From Eledone cirrhosa (lineage: Eukaryota): a stretch of 64,000 bases of DNA. Position 1 is the first letter of the stretch, and every line of letters begins with the position of its first letter. The notes beneath the pieces were generated by a model, which was given only the letters and a program-made list of their open reading frames with translations, was not told the DNA's origin and did no database searches. The position numbers were made by a program, and so were the translations under genes. Location of the stretch: contig OZ024744.1 of NCBI GenBank assembly GCA_964016885.1, forward strand, positions 119,722,001 to 119,786,000, read 5' to 3'. Below, piece by piece: positions 1 through 12,300 of this stretch.

Positions 1-64
1 TATCAGAGCTGTGATCTCTCAATTCAGAGATTCTTTCCTGAGACATTCTAACCACATGTCACAG
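1..64 (+). repeat. Representative monomer (one substitution from consensus, T62C)
   Basis: Read directly. Consensus has 25/64 G+C and no CpG. It carries AGCT, GATC, AATT, GATTC, CTGAG and ACATGT sites, and dyads at monomer positions 2-15, 14-31 and 42-60. Confidence 0.97.
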
Positions 65-1157
65 TATCAGAGCTGTGATATCTCAATTCAGAGATTCTTT
101 CCTGGGATATTCTAACCACATGTCATAGTATCAGAGCTGTGATCTCTCAATTCAGAGATTCTTTACTGAGATATTGTAACCACATGTCATAGTATCAGGG
201 CTGTGATCTCTCAATTCAGAGATTCTTTCCTGGGATATTCGAACCACATGTCATAGTATCAGAGCTGTGATCTCTCAATTCAGAGATTCTATCCTGAGAC
301 ATTCTAACCACATGTCATAGTATCAGAGCTGTGATCTCTCAATTCAGATATTCTTTCCTGAGACATTCTAACCACATGTCATATTATTAAAGCTGTGATC
401 TCTCAATTCAGAGATTCTTTCCTGAGAAATTCTAACCTTATGTCTGTAGTATCAGAGCTGTGATCTCTCAATTCAGAGATTCTTTCCTGAGACATTCTAA
501 CCACATGTCATAGTAGCGGAGCTGTGATATCTCAATTCAGTGATTCTTTCCTGAGATATTCTAACCACATATCATAGTTTCAGAGCTGTGATCTCTCAAT
601 TCAGAGATTCTTTCCTGAGATATTCTAACCACATGTCTGTAGTATCAGAGCTGTGATCTCTCAATTCAGAGATTCTTTCCTGAGACATTCTAACCACATG
701 TCACAGTATCAGAGCTGTGATATCTCAATTCAGAGATTCTTTCCTGGGATATTCTAACCACATGTCATAGTATCAGAGCTGTGATCTCTCAATTCAGAGA
801 TTCTTTACTGAGATATTGTAACCACATGTCATAGTATCAGGGCTGTGATCTCTCAATTCAGAGATTCTTTCCTGGGATATTCGAACCACATGTCATAGTA
901 TCAGAGCTGTGATCTCTCAATTCAGAGATTCTATCCTGAGACATTCTAACCACATGTCATAGTATCAGAGCTGTGATCTCTCAATTCAGATATTCTTTCC
1001 TGAGACATTCTAACCACATGTCATATTATTAAAGCTGTGATCTCTCAATTCAGAGATTCTTTCCTGAGAAATTCTAACCTTATGTCTGTAGTATCAGAGC
1101 TGTGATCTCTCAATTCAGAGATTCTTTCCTGAGACATTCTAACCACATGTCATAGTA
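1..1157 (+). repeat. 10-monomer (642 bp offset) local duplication: 1-515 repeated at 643-1157
   Basis: Marker TCGAACC lies at 239 and 881. The same ordered variants (TTACTG..TTGTA, CTATCC, TATTATTAAAG, GAAATTCTAACCTTATG) appear in both copies. Identity breaks at 516 vs 1158. Confidence 0.9.
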
Positions 1158-3012
1158 TCAGTGCTGTGATCTCTCAATTCAGAGATTCTTTCCTAAGATA
1201 TTCTAACCACATGTCATAGTATCAGAGCTGTGATCTCTCAATTCAGAGATTCTTTCCTGGGATATTCTAACCACATGTCTTAATATCAGGGCTGTGATCT
1301 CTCAATTCAGAGATTCTTTCCTGAGACATTCTAACCAAATGTCATAGTATCAGCGCTGTGATCTCTCAATTTAGGGATCCTTTCCTGAGACATTCTAACC
1401 ACATGTCATAGTATCAGAGCTGTGATATCTCAATTCAGAGATTCTTTCCTGAGACATTCTAACCACATGTCATATTATTAGAGCTGTGATCTCTCAATTC
1501 AGATATTCTTTCCTGAGACATTCTTACCACATGTCATAGTATCAGAGCTGTGATCTCTCAATTTAGAGATTCTTTCCTGAGATATTCTAACCACATGTCA
1601 TAGTATCAGAGCTGTGATCTCTCAATTCAGAGATTCTTTCCTGGGATATTCTTACCACATGTCATAATATCAGAGCTGTGATCTCTCAATTCACATATTC
1701 TTTCCTGAGACATTCTAACCACATGTCAGAGGATCAGATTTGTGATCTCTCAATTCAGAGATTCTTTCCTGAGATATTCTAACCACATGTAATACTATCA
1801 GAGCTGTGATCTCTCAATTCAGAGATTCTTTCCTGAGAACATCTAACCACATGTCTGTAGTATCAGAGATGTGATCTCTCAATTCAGAGATTCTTTCCTG
1901 AGACATTCTAACCACATGTCACAGTATCAGTGCTGTGATCTCTCAATTCAGAGATTCTTTCCTGGGATATTCTAACCACATGTCATAGTATCCGAGCTGT
2001 GATATCTCAATTCAGAGATTCTTTACTGAGATATTGTAACCACATGTCATAGTATCAGGGCTGTGATCTCTCAATTCAGAGATTCTTTCCTGGGATATTC
2101 TTACCACATGTCATAATATCAGAGCTGTGATCTCTCAATTCACATATTCTTTCCTGAGACATTCTAACCACATGTCAGAGGATCAGATTTGTGATCTCTC
2201 AATTCAGAGATTCTTTCCTGAGATATTCTAACCACATGTCATAGTATCAGGGCTGTGATCTCTCAATTCAGAGATTCTTTCCTGAGACATTCTAACCCCA
2301 TGTCATAGTATCAGAGCTGTGATCTCTCAATTCAGAGATTCTTTCCTGAGACATTTTAACCACATGTCATACTATCAGAGCTGTGATATCTCAATTCAGA
2401 GATTCTTTCCTGATATATTCTAACCACATGCCATAGTATCAGAGCTGTGATCTCTCAATTCAGAGATTCTTTCCTGAGATATTCTAACCACATGTCATAA
2501 TATCAGAGCTGTGATCTCTCAATTCAGAGATTCTTCCTGAGACATTTTAACCACATGTCATACTATCAGAGCTGTGATATCTCAATTCAGAGATTCTTTC
2601 CTGATATATTGTAACCACATGTCATAGTATCAGAGCTGTGATATCTCAATTCAGAGATTCTTTCCTGAGAACTTCTCACCACATGTCTGTAGTATCAGAG
2701 CTGTGATCTCTCAATTCAGAGATTTTTTCCTGAGACATTCTAACCACATGTCATATTATTTAAGCTGTGATATCTCAATTCAGAGATTCTTTCCTGAGAC
2801 ATTCTAACCACATGTCATAGTATCAGAGCTGTGATATCTCCATACAGAGATTCTTTCCTGATATATTCTAACCACATGTCATAGTATCAGAGCTGTGATA
2901 TCTCAATTCAGAGATTCTTTCCTGAGAACTTCTAACCACATGTCTGTAGTATCAGAGCTGGGATCTCTAAATTCAGAGATTCTTTCCTGAGATATTCTTA
3001 ACACATGTCATA
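466..3012 (+). repeat. ~2.5 kb block with a near-identical distant copy at ~26221-28767 (offset 25755)
   Basis: TCGAACC at 881 and 26636, and the rare variant GCTGGGATCTCTAAATTC (GGATC at 2961 and 28716), both give offset 25755. Confidence 0.85.
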
Positions 3013-3580
3013 ATATTAGAGCTGTGTTCTCTCAATTCACATATTCTTTCCTGAGACATTTTAACCACATGTCATACTATCAGAGCTGTGATATCTCAAT
3101 TCAGAGATTCTTTCCTGATATATTCTAACCACATGTCATAGTATCAGAGCTGTGATCTCTCAATTCAGAGATTCTTTCCTGAGATATTCTAACCACATGT
3201 CATAGTATCAGAGCTGTGATCTCTCAATTCAGAGATTCTTTCCTGAGACATTTTAACCACATGTCATACTATCAGAGCTGTGATATCTCCATACAGAGAT
3301 TCTTTCCTGATATATTCTAACCACATGTCATAGTATCAGAGCTGTGATATCTCAATTCAGAGATTCTTTCCTGAGAACTTCTAACCACATGTCTGTACTA
3401 TCAGAGCTGTGATCTCTCAATTCAGAGATTCTTTCCTGAGATATTCTAAACACATGTCATAGTATCACATCTGTGATCTCTCAATTCAGAGATTCTTTCC
3501 TGAGACATTCTAACCACATGTCATAGTATCAGAGCTGTGATCTCTCAATTCAGAGATTCTTTCCTGAGACATTCTAACCA

Positions 3581-3610
3581 CATGTATCAGAGATATTCTT
3601 AATAGTGATC
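3581..3610 (+). repeat. 68-bp rearranged marker monomer 'X' (CATGTATCAGAGATATTCTTAATAGTGATC), first of 17 copies seen
   Basis: The CATG of the motif lies at 3581, 4228, 5512, 6799, 8147, 10011, 11738, 13602, 16428, 19319, 23106, 25997, 33824, 41267, 49353, 55773 (one substitution) and 58919. It is always followed by a CTAACTCC(G/C)TGT(C/T)CACAG monomer. Confidence 0.92.
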
Positions 3611-4043
3611 TCTCAATTCAGAGATTCTTTCCTGAGACATTCTAACTCCGTGTTCACAGTATCACAGCTGTGATTTCTCAATTTAGAGATTCTTTCCTGA
3701 GATATTCTAACCACATGTCATAGTATTAGAGATGTGATCTCTCAATTCAGAGATTCTTTCCTGAGACATTCTAATCACATGTCTGTAGTATCAAAGCTGT
3801 ATGCTCTCAATTCAGAGATTCTTTCCTGAGACATTCTAACCACATGTCATCGTAGCGGAGCTGTGATATCTCAATTCAGAGATTCTTTCCTGAGATATTC
3901 TAACCACATGTCATAGTATCAGAGCTGTGATCTCTCAATTCAGATATTCTTTCCTGAGACATTCTAGCCACATGTCATAGGATCAGGGTTGTGATCTCTC
4001 AATTCAGAGATTCTTTCCTGAGATATTCTAATCACATGTCATA

Positions 4044-7000
4044 GTATCAGAGCTGTGATCTCTCAATTCAGAGATTCTTTCCTGAGATATTCTAACCACA
4101 TGTCTGTAGTATCAGAGTTGTGATCTCTCAATTCAGAGATTCTTTCCTGAGACATTCTAACCACATGTCATAGTATCAGAGCTGTGATCTCTCAATTCAG
4201 AGATTCTTTCCTGAGACATTCTAACCACATGTATCAGAGATATTCTTAATAGTGATCTCTCAATTCAGAGATTCTTTCCTGAGACATTCTAACTCCGTGT
4301 CCACAGTATCAGAGCTGTGATCTCTCAATTCAGAGATTCTTTCCTGAGACATTCTAACCACATGTCATTTTATCAGAGCTGTGATCTCTCAATTCAGAAA
4401 TTCTTTCCTGAGACATTCTAACCACATGTCATAGTATCAGATCTGTGATCTCTCAATTCAGAGATTCTTTCCTGAGATATTCTAACCACATGTCATAGTA
4501 TCAGAGCTGTTATCTCTCAATTCAGAGATTTTTCCTGAGACATTCTAACCACATGTCATAGTATCAGAGCTGTGATCTCTCAATTGAGAGATTCTTTCCT
4601 GAGACATTCTAACCACATGTCATAGTATCAGTGCTGTGATCTCTCAATTCAGAGATTCTTTCATGAGATATTCTAACCACATGTCATAGTATCAGAACTG
4701 TGATCTCTCAATTCAGAGATTCTTTTCTGGGATATTCTAACCACATGTCATATTATCAGAGCTATGATCTCTCAATTCAGATATTCTTTCCTGAGACATT
4801 CTAACTACATGTCATAGGATCAGAGTTGTGATCTCTCAATTCAGAGATTCTTTCCTGAGATATTCTAACCACATGTCATAGTATCAGAGCTGTTATCTCT
4901 CAATTCAGAGATTTTTCCTGAGACATTCTAACCACATGTCATAGTATCAGAGCTGTGATCTCTCAATTCAGAGATTCTTTCCTGGGATATTCTTACCACA
5001 TGTCATAATATTAGAGCTGTGTTCTCTCAATTCACATATTCTTTCCTGAGACATTTTAACCACATGTCAGAGGATCAGATTTGTGATCTCTCAATTCACA
5101 GATTCTTTCCTGAGATATTCTAACCACATGTCATAGTATCAGAGCTGTGATCTCTCAATTCAGAGATTCTTTCCTGAGACATTTTAACTACATGTCATAC
5201 TATCAGAGCTGTGATATCTCCATACAGAGATTCTTTCCTGATATATTCTAACCACATGTAATATTATCAGAGCTGTGATATCTCAATTCAGAGATTCTTT
5301 CCTGAGAACTTCTAACCACATGTCTGTAGTATCAGAGCTGTGATCTCTCAATTCAGAGATTCTTTCCTGAGATATTCTAAACACATGTCATAGTATCACA
5401 TCTGTGATCTCTCAATTCAGAGATTCTTTCCTGAGACATTCTAACCACATGTCATAGTATCAGAGCTGTGATCTCTCAATTCAGAGATTCTTTCCTGAGA
5501 CATTCTAACCACATGTATCAGAGATATTCTTAATAGTGATCTCTCAATTCAGAGATTCTTTCCTGAGACATTCTAACTCCGTGTCCACAGTATCACAGCT
5601 GTGATTTCTCAATTTAGAGATTCTTTCCTGAGATATTCTAACCACATTTCATAGTATTAGAGATGTGATCTCTCAATTCAGAGATTCTTTCCTGAGACAT
5701 TCTAACCACATGTCTGTAGTATCAAAGCTGTATGCTCTCAATTCAGAGATTCTTTCCTGAGACATTCTAACCACATGTCATAGTAGCGGAGCTGTGATAT
5801 CTCAATTCAGAGATTCTTTCCTGAGATATTCTAACCACATGTCATAGTATCAGAGCTGTGATCTCTCAATTCAGATATTCTTTCCTGAGACATTCTAGCC
5901 ACATGTCATAGGATCAGGTTGTGATCTCTCAATTCAGAGATTCTTTCCTGAGATATTCTAATCACATGTCATAGTATCAGAGCTGTGATCTCTCAATTCA
6001 GAGATTCTTTCCTGAGATATTCTAACCACATGTCTGTAGTATCAGAGCTGTGATCTCTCAATTCAGAGATTCTTTCCTGAGACATTCTAACCACATGTCA
6101 CAGTATCAGTGCTGTGATCTCTCAATTCAGAGATTCTTTCCTGGGATATTCTAACCACATGTCATAGCATCCGAGCTGTGATCTCTCAATTCAGAGATTC
6201 TTTACTGAGATATTGTAACCACATGTCATAGTATCAGGGCTGTGATCTCTCAATTCAGAGATTCTTTCCTGGGATATTCTTACCACATGTCATAATATCA
6301 GAGCTGTGATCTCTCAATTCACATATTCTTTCCTGAGACATTCTAACCACATGTCAGAGGATCAGATTTGTGATCTCTCAATTCAGAGATTCTTTCCTGA
6401 GATATTCTAACCACATGTCACAGTATCAGAGCTGTGATCTCTCAATTCAGAGATTCTTTCCTGAGACATTCTAACCCCATGTCATAGTATCAGAGCTGTG
6501 ATCTCTCAATTCAGAGATTCTTTCCTGAGACATTTTAACCACATGTCATACTATCAGAGCTGTGATATCTCAATTCAGAGATTCTTTCCTGATATATTCT
6601 AACCACATGTCATCGTATCAGAGCTGTGATCTCTCAATTCAGAGATTCTTTCCTGAGATATTCTAACCACATGTCTGTAGTATCAGAGTTGTGATCTCTC
6701 AATTCAGAGATTCTTTCCTGAGACATTCTAACCACATGTCATAGTATCAGAGCTGTGATCTCTCAATTCAGAGATTCTTTCCTGAGACATTCTAACCACA
6801 TGTATCAGAGATATTCTTAATAGTGATCTCTCAATTCAGAGATTCTTTCCTGAGACATTCTAACTCCGTGTCCACAGTATCAGAGCTGTGATCTCTCAAT
6901 TCAGAGATTCTTTCCTGAGACATTCTAACCACATGTCATTTTATTAGCGCTGTGATCTCTCAATTCAGAAATTCTTTCCTGAGACATTCTAACCACATGT

Positions 7001-9310
7001 CATAGTATCAGATCTGTGATCTCTCAATTCAGAGATTCTTTCCTGAGATATTCTAACCACATGTCATAGTATCAGAGCTGTTATCTCTCAATTCAGAGAT
7101 TTTTCCTGAGACATTCTAACCACATGTCATAGTATCAGAGCTGTGATCTCTCAATTCAGAGATTCTTTCCTGAGACATTCTAACCACATGTCATAGTATC
7201 AGTGCTGTGATCTCTCAATTCAGAGATTCTTTCATGAGATATTCTAACCACATGTCATAGTATCAGAACTGTGATCTCTCAATTCAGAGATTCTTTTCTG
7301 GGATATTCTAACCACATGTCATATTATCAGAGCTATGATCTCTCAATTCAGATATTCTTTCCTGAGACATTCTAACCACATGTCATAGGATCAGAGTTGT
7401 GATCTCTCAATTCAGAGATACTTTCCTGAGATATTCTAACCACATGTCATAGTATCAGAGCTGTTATCTCTCAATTCAGAGATTTTTCCTGAGACATTCT
7501 AACCACATGTCATAGTATCAGAGCTGTGATCTCTCAATTCAGAGATTCTTTCCTGGGATATTCTTACCACATGTCATAATATTAGAGCTGTGTTCTCTCA
7601 ATTCACATATTCTTTCCTGAGACATTTTAACCACATGTCAGAGGATCAGATTTGTGATCTCTCAATTCACAGATTCTTTCCTGAGATATTCTAACCACAT
7701 GTCATAGTATCAGAGCTGTGATCTCTCAATTCAGAGATTCTTTCCTGAGATATTCTAACCACATGTCATAGTATCAGAGCTGTGATCTCTCAATTCAGAG
7801 ATTCTTTCCTGAGACATTTTAACTACATGTCATACTATCAGAGCTGTGATATCTCCATACAGAGATTCTTTCCTGATATATTCTAACCACATGTAATATT
7901 ATCAGAGCTGTGATATCTCAATTCAGAGATTCTTTCCTGAGAACTTCTAACCACATGTCTGTAGTATCAGAGCTGTGATCTCTCAATTCAGAGATTCTTT
8001 CCTGAGATATTCTAAACACATGTCATAGTATCACATCTGTGATCTCTCAATTCAGAGATTCTTTCCTGAGACATTCTAACCACATGTCATAGTATCAGAG
8101 CTGTGATCTCTCAATTCAGAGATTCTTTCCTGAGACATTCTAACCACATGTATCAGAGATATTCTTAATAGTGATCTCTCAATTCAGAGATTCTTTCCTG
8201 AGACATTCTAACTCCGTGTCCACAGTATCACAGCTGTGATTTCTCAATTTAGAGATTCTTTCCTGAGATATTCTAACCACATTTCATAGTATTAGAGATG
8301 TGATCTCTCAATTCAGAGATTCTTTCCTGAGACATTCTAACCACATGTCTGTAGTATCAAAGCTGTATGCTCTCAATTCAGAGATTCTTTCCTGAGACAT
8401 TCTAACCACATGTCATAGTAGCGGAGCTGTGATATCTCAATTCAGAGATTCTTTCCTGAGATATTCTAACCACATGTCATAGTATCAGAGCTGTGATCTC
8501 TCAATTCAGATATTCTTTCCTGAGACATTCTAGCCACATGTCATAGGATCAGGTTGTGATCTCTCAATTCAGAGATTCTTTCCTGAGATATTCTAATCAC
8601 ATGTCATAGTATCAGAGCTGTGATCTCTCAATTCAGAGATTCTTTCCTGAGATATTCTAACCACATGTCTGTAGTATCAGAGCTGTGATCTCTCAATTCA
8701 GAGATTCTTTCCTGAGACATTCTAACCACATGTCACAGTATCAGTGCTGTGATCTCTCAATTCAGAGATTCTTTCCTGGGATATTCTAACCACATGTCAT
8801 AGCATCCGAGCTGTGATCTCTCAATTCAGAGATTCTTTACTGAGATATTGTAACCACATGTCATAGTATCAGGGCTGTGATCTCTCAATTCAGAGATTCT
8901 TTCCTGGGATATTCTTACCACATGTCATAATATCAGAGCTGTGATCTCTCAATTCACATATTCTTTCCTGAGACATTCTAACCACATGTCAGAGGATCAG
9001 ATTTGTGATCTCTCAATTCAGAGATTCTTTCCTGAGATATTCTAACCACATGTCACAGTATCAGAGCTGTGATCTCTCAATTCAGAGATTCTTTCCTGAG
9101 ACATTCTAACCCCATGTCATAGTATCAGAGCTGTGATCTCTCAATTCAGAGATTCTTTCCTGAGACATTTTAACCACATGTCATACTATCAGAGCTGTGA
9201 TATCTCAATTCAGAGATTCTTTCCTGATATATTCTAACCACATGTCATCGTATCAGAGCTGTGATCTCTCAATTCAGAGATTCTTTCCTGAGATATTCTA
9301 ACCACATGTC
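4044..9310 (+). repeat. Tandem block duplication A (offset 2571, then 2635 after a one-monomer gain)
   Basis: X at 4228 and 6799 (2571). X at 5512 and 8147, and CATCGTATC at 6611 and 9246 (2635). Junction at ~6615-6675. Several substitutions separate the copies. Confidence 0.85.
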
Positions 9311-12300
9311 ATAGTATCAGAGCTGTGATCTCTCAATTCAGAGATTCTTTCCTGAGACATTTTAACCACATGTCATACTATCAGAGCTGTGATATCTCAA
9401 TTCAGAGATTCTTTCCTGATATATTCTAACCACATGTCATAGTATCAGAGCTGTGATATCTCAATTCAGAGATTCTTTCCTGAGAACTTCTCACCACATG
9501 TCTGTAGTATCAGACCTGTGATCTCTCAATTCAGAGATTTTTTCCTGAGACATTCTAACCACATGTCATATTATTAGAGCTGTGATATCTCAATTCAGAG
9601 ATTCTATCCTGAGACATTCTAACCACATGTCATAGTATCAGAGCTGTGATATCTCCATGCAGAGATTCTTTCCTGATATATTCTAACCACATGTCATAGT
9701 ATCAGAGCTGTGATATCTCAATTCAGAGATTCTTTCCTGAGAACTTCTAACCACATGTCTGTAGTATCAGAGCTGTGATCTCTCAATTCAGAGATTCTTT
9801 CCTGAGATATTCTAAACACATGTCATAGTATCAGAGCTGTGATCTCTCACTTCAGAGATTCTTTGCTGAGACATTCTAACCACATGTCATAGTATCAGAG
9901 CTGTGATCTCTCAATTCAGAGATTCTTTCCTGAGACATTCTAACCACATGTCATGGTATCAGAGCTGTGATCTCTCAATTCAGAGATTCTTTCCTGAGAC
10001 ATTCTAACCACATGTATCAGAGATATTCTTAATAGTGATCTCTCAATTCAGAGATTCTTTCCTGAGACATTCTAACTCCCTGTCCACAGTATCAGAGCTG
10101 TGATCTCTCAATTTAGAGATTCTTTCCTGAGATATTCTAACCACATGTCATAGTATTAGAGATGTGATCTCTCAATTCAGAGATTCTTTCCTGAGACATT
10201 CTAACCACATGTCTGTAGTATCAAAGCTGTATGCTCTCAATTCAGAGATTCTTTCCTGAGACATTCTAACCACATGTCATAGTAGCGGAGCTGTGATATC
10301 TCAATTCAGTGATTCTTTCCTGAGATATTCTAACCACATATCATAGTATCAGAGATGTGATCTCTCAATTCAGAGATTCTTTCCTGAGATATTCTAACCA
10401 CATGTCTGTAGTATCAGAGCTGTGATCTCTCAATTCAGAGATTCTTTCCTGAGACATTCTAACTCCGTGTCCACAGTATCAGAGCTGTGATCTCTCAATT
10501 CAGAGATTCTTTCCTGAGACATTCTAACCACATGTCATTTTATCAGCGCTGTGATCTCTCAATTCAGAAATTCTTTCCTGAGACATTCTAACCACATGTC
10601 ATAGTATCAGATCTGTGATCTCTCAATTCAGAGATTCTTTCCTGAGATATTCTAACCACATGTCATAGTATCAGAGCTGTTATCTCTCAATTCAGAGATT
10701 TTTCCTGAGACATTCTAACCACATGTCATAGTATCAGAGCTGTGATCTCTCAATTCAGAGATTCTTTCCTGAGACATTCTAACCACATGTCATAGTATCA
10801 GTGCTGTGATCTCTCAATTCAGAGATTCTTTCATGAGATATTCTAACCACATGTCATAGTATCAGAACTGTGATCTCTCAATTCAGAGATTCTTTTCTGG
10901 GATATTCTAACCACATGTCATATTATCAGAGCTATGATCTCTCAATTCAGATATTCTTTCCTGAGACATTCTAACCACATGTCATAGGATCAGAGTTGTG
11001 ATCTCTCAATTCAGAGATACTTTCCTGAGATATTCTAACCACATGTCATAGTATCAGAGCTGTTATCTCTCAATTCAGAGATTTTTCCTGAGACATTCTA
11101 ACCACATGTCATAGTATCAGAGCTGTGATCTCTCAATTCAGAGATTCTTTCCTGGGATATTCTTACCACATGTCATAATATTAGAGCTGTGTTCTCTCAA
11201 TTCACATATTCTTTCCTGAGACATTTTAACCACATGTCAGAGGATCAGATTTGTGATCTCTCAATTCACAGATTCTTTCCTGAGATATTCTAACCACATG
11301 TCATAGTATCAGAGCTGTGATCTCTCAATTCAGAGATTCTTTCCTGAGATATTCTAACCACATGTCATAGTATCAGAGCTGTGATCTCTCAATTCAGAGA
11401 TTCTTTCCTGAGACATTTTAACTACATGTCATACTATCAGAGCTGTGATACAGAGATTCTTTCCTGATATATTCTAACCACATGTAATATTATCAGAGCT
11501 GTGATATCTCAATTCAGAGATTCTTTCCTGAGAACTTCTAACCACATGTCTGTAGTATCAGAGCTGTGATCTCTCAATTCAGAGATTCTTTCCTGAGATA
11601 TTCTAAACACATGTCATAGTATCACATCTGTGATCTCTCAATTCAGAGATTCTTTCCTGAGACATTCTAACCACATGTCATAGTATCAGAGCTGTGATCT
11701 CTCAATTCAGAGATTCTTTCCTGAGACATTCTAACCACATGTATCAGAGATATTCTTAATAGTGATCTCTCAATTCAGAGATTCTTTCCTGAGACATTCT
11801 AACTCCGTGTCCACAGTATCACAGCTGTGATTTCTCAATTTAGAGATTCTTTCCTGAGATATTCTAACCACATTTCATAGTATTAGAGATGTGATCTCTC
11901 AATTCAGAGATTCTTTCCTGAGACATTCTAACCACATGTCTGTAGTATCAAAGCTGTATGCTCTCAATTCAGAGATTCTTTCCTGAGACATTCTAACCAC
12001 ATGTCATAGTAGCGGAGCTGTGATATCTCAATTCAGAGATTCTTTCCTGAGATATTCTAACCACATGTCATAGTATCAGAGCTGTGATCTCTCAATTCAG
12101 ATATTCTTTCCTGAGACATTCTAGCCACATGTCATAGGATCAGGTTGTGATCTCTCAATTCAGAGATTCTTTCCTGAGATATTCTAATCACATGTCATAG
12201 TATCAGAGCTGTGATCTCTCAATTCAGAGATTCTTTCCTGAGATATTCTAACCACATGTCTGTAGTATCAGAGCTGTGATCTCTCAATTCAGAGATTCTT

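Noticed and set aside
48-53. Telomere-like CTAACC (GGTTAG on minus)
   Set aside because: A single hexamer per monomer and never tandem, so it is expected by chance.
53-59. Transcription-factor motifs: E-box CACATG in most monomers; STAT-like TTCCTGAGAA in GAACTT, GAAATT and GAACAT variants
   Set aside because: Short motifs are multiplied trivially by tandem amplification, and nothing in the sequence shows function.
1-64. Origin of the monomer from a ~21-bp sub-repeat (TCAGAG at 3 and 24; CAGAGATTCT vs CTGAGACATTCT)
   Set aside because: Similarity is limited to 6-10 bp patches with inconsistent spacing, and no third register fits.
1-128. Satellite-encoded hammerhead ribozyme, as in newt satellite 2 or schistosome Sm-alpha
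   Set aside because: The three-stem layout was suggestive, but the CUGANGA core is absent on both strands of the consensus (CTGAGAC on plus; CTGATAC and CTGAATT on minus). An Infernal/Rfam scan of a dimer would be the formal test.
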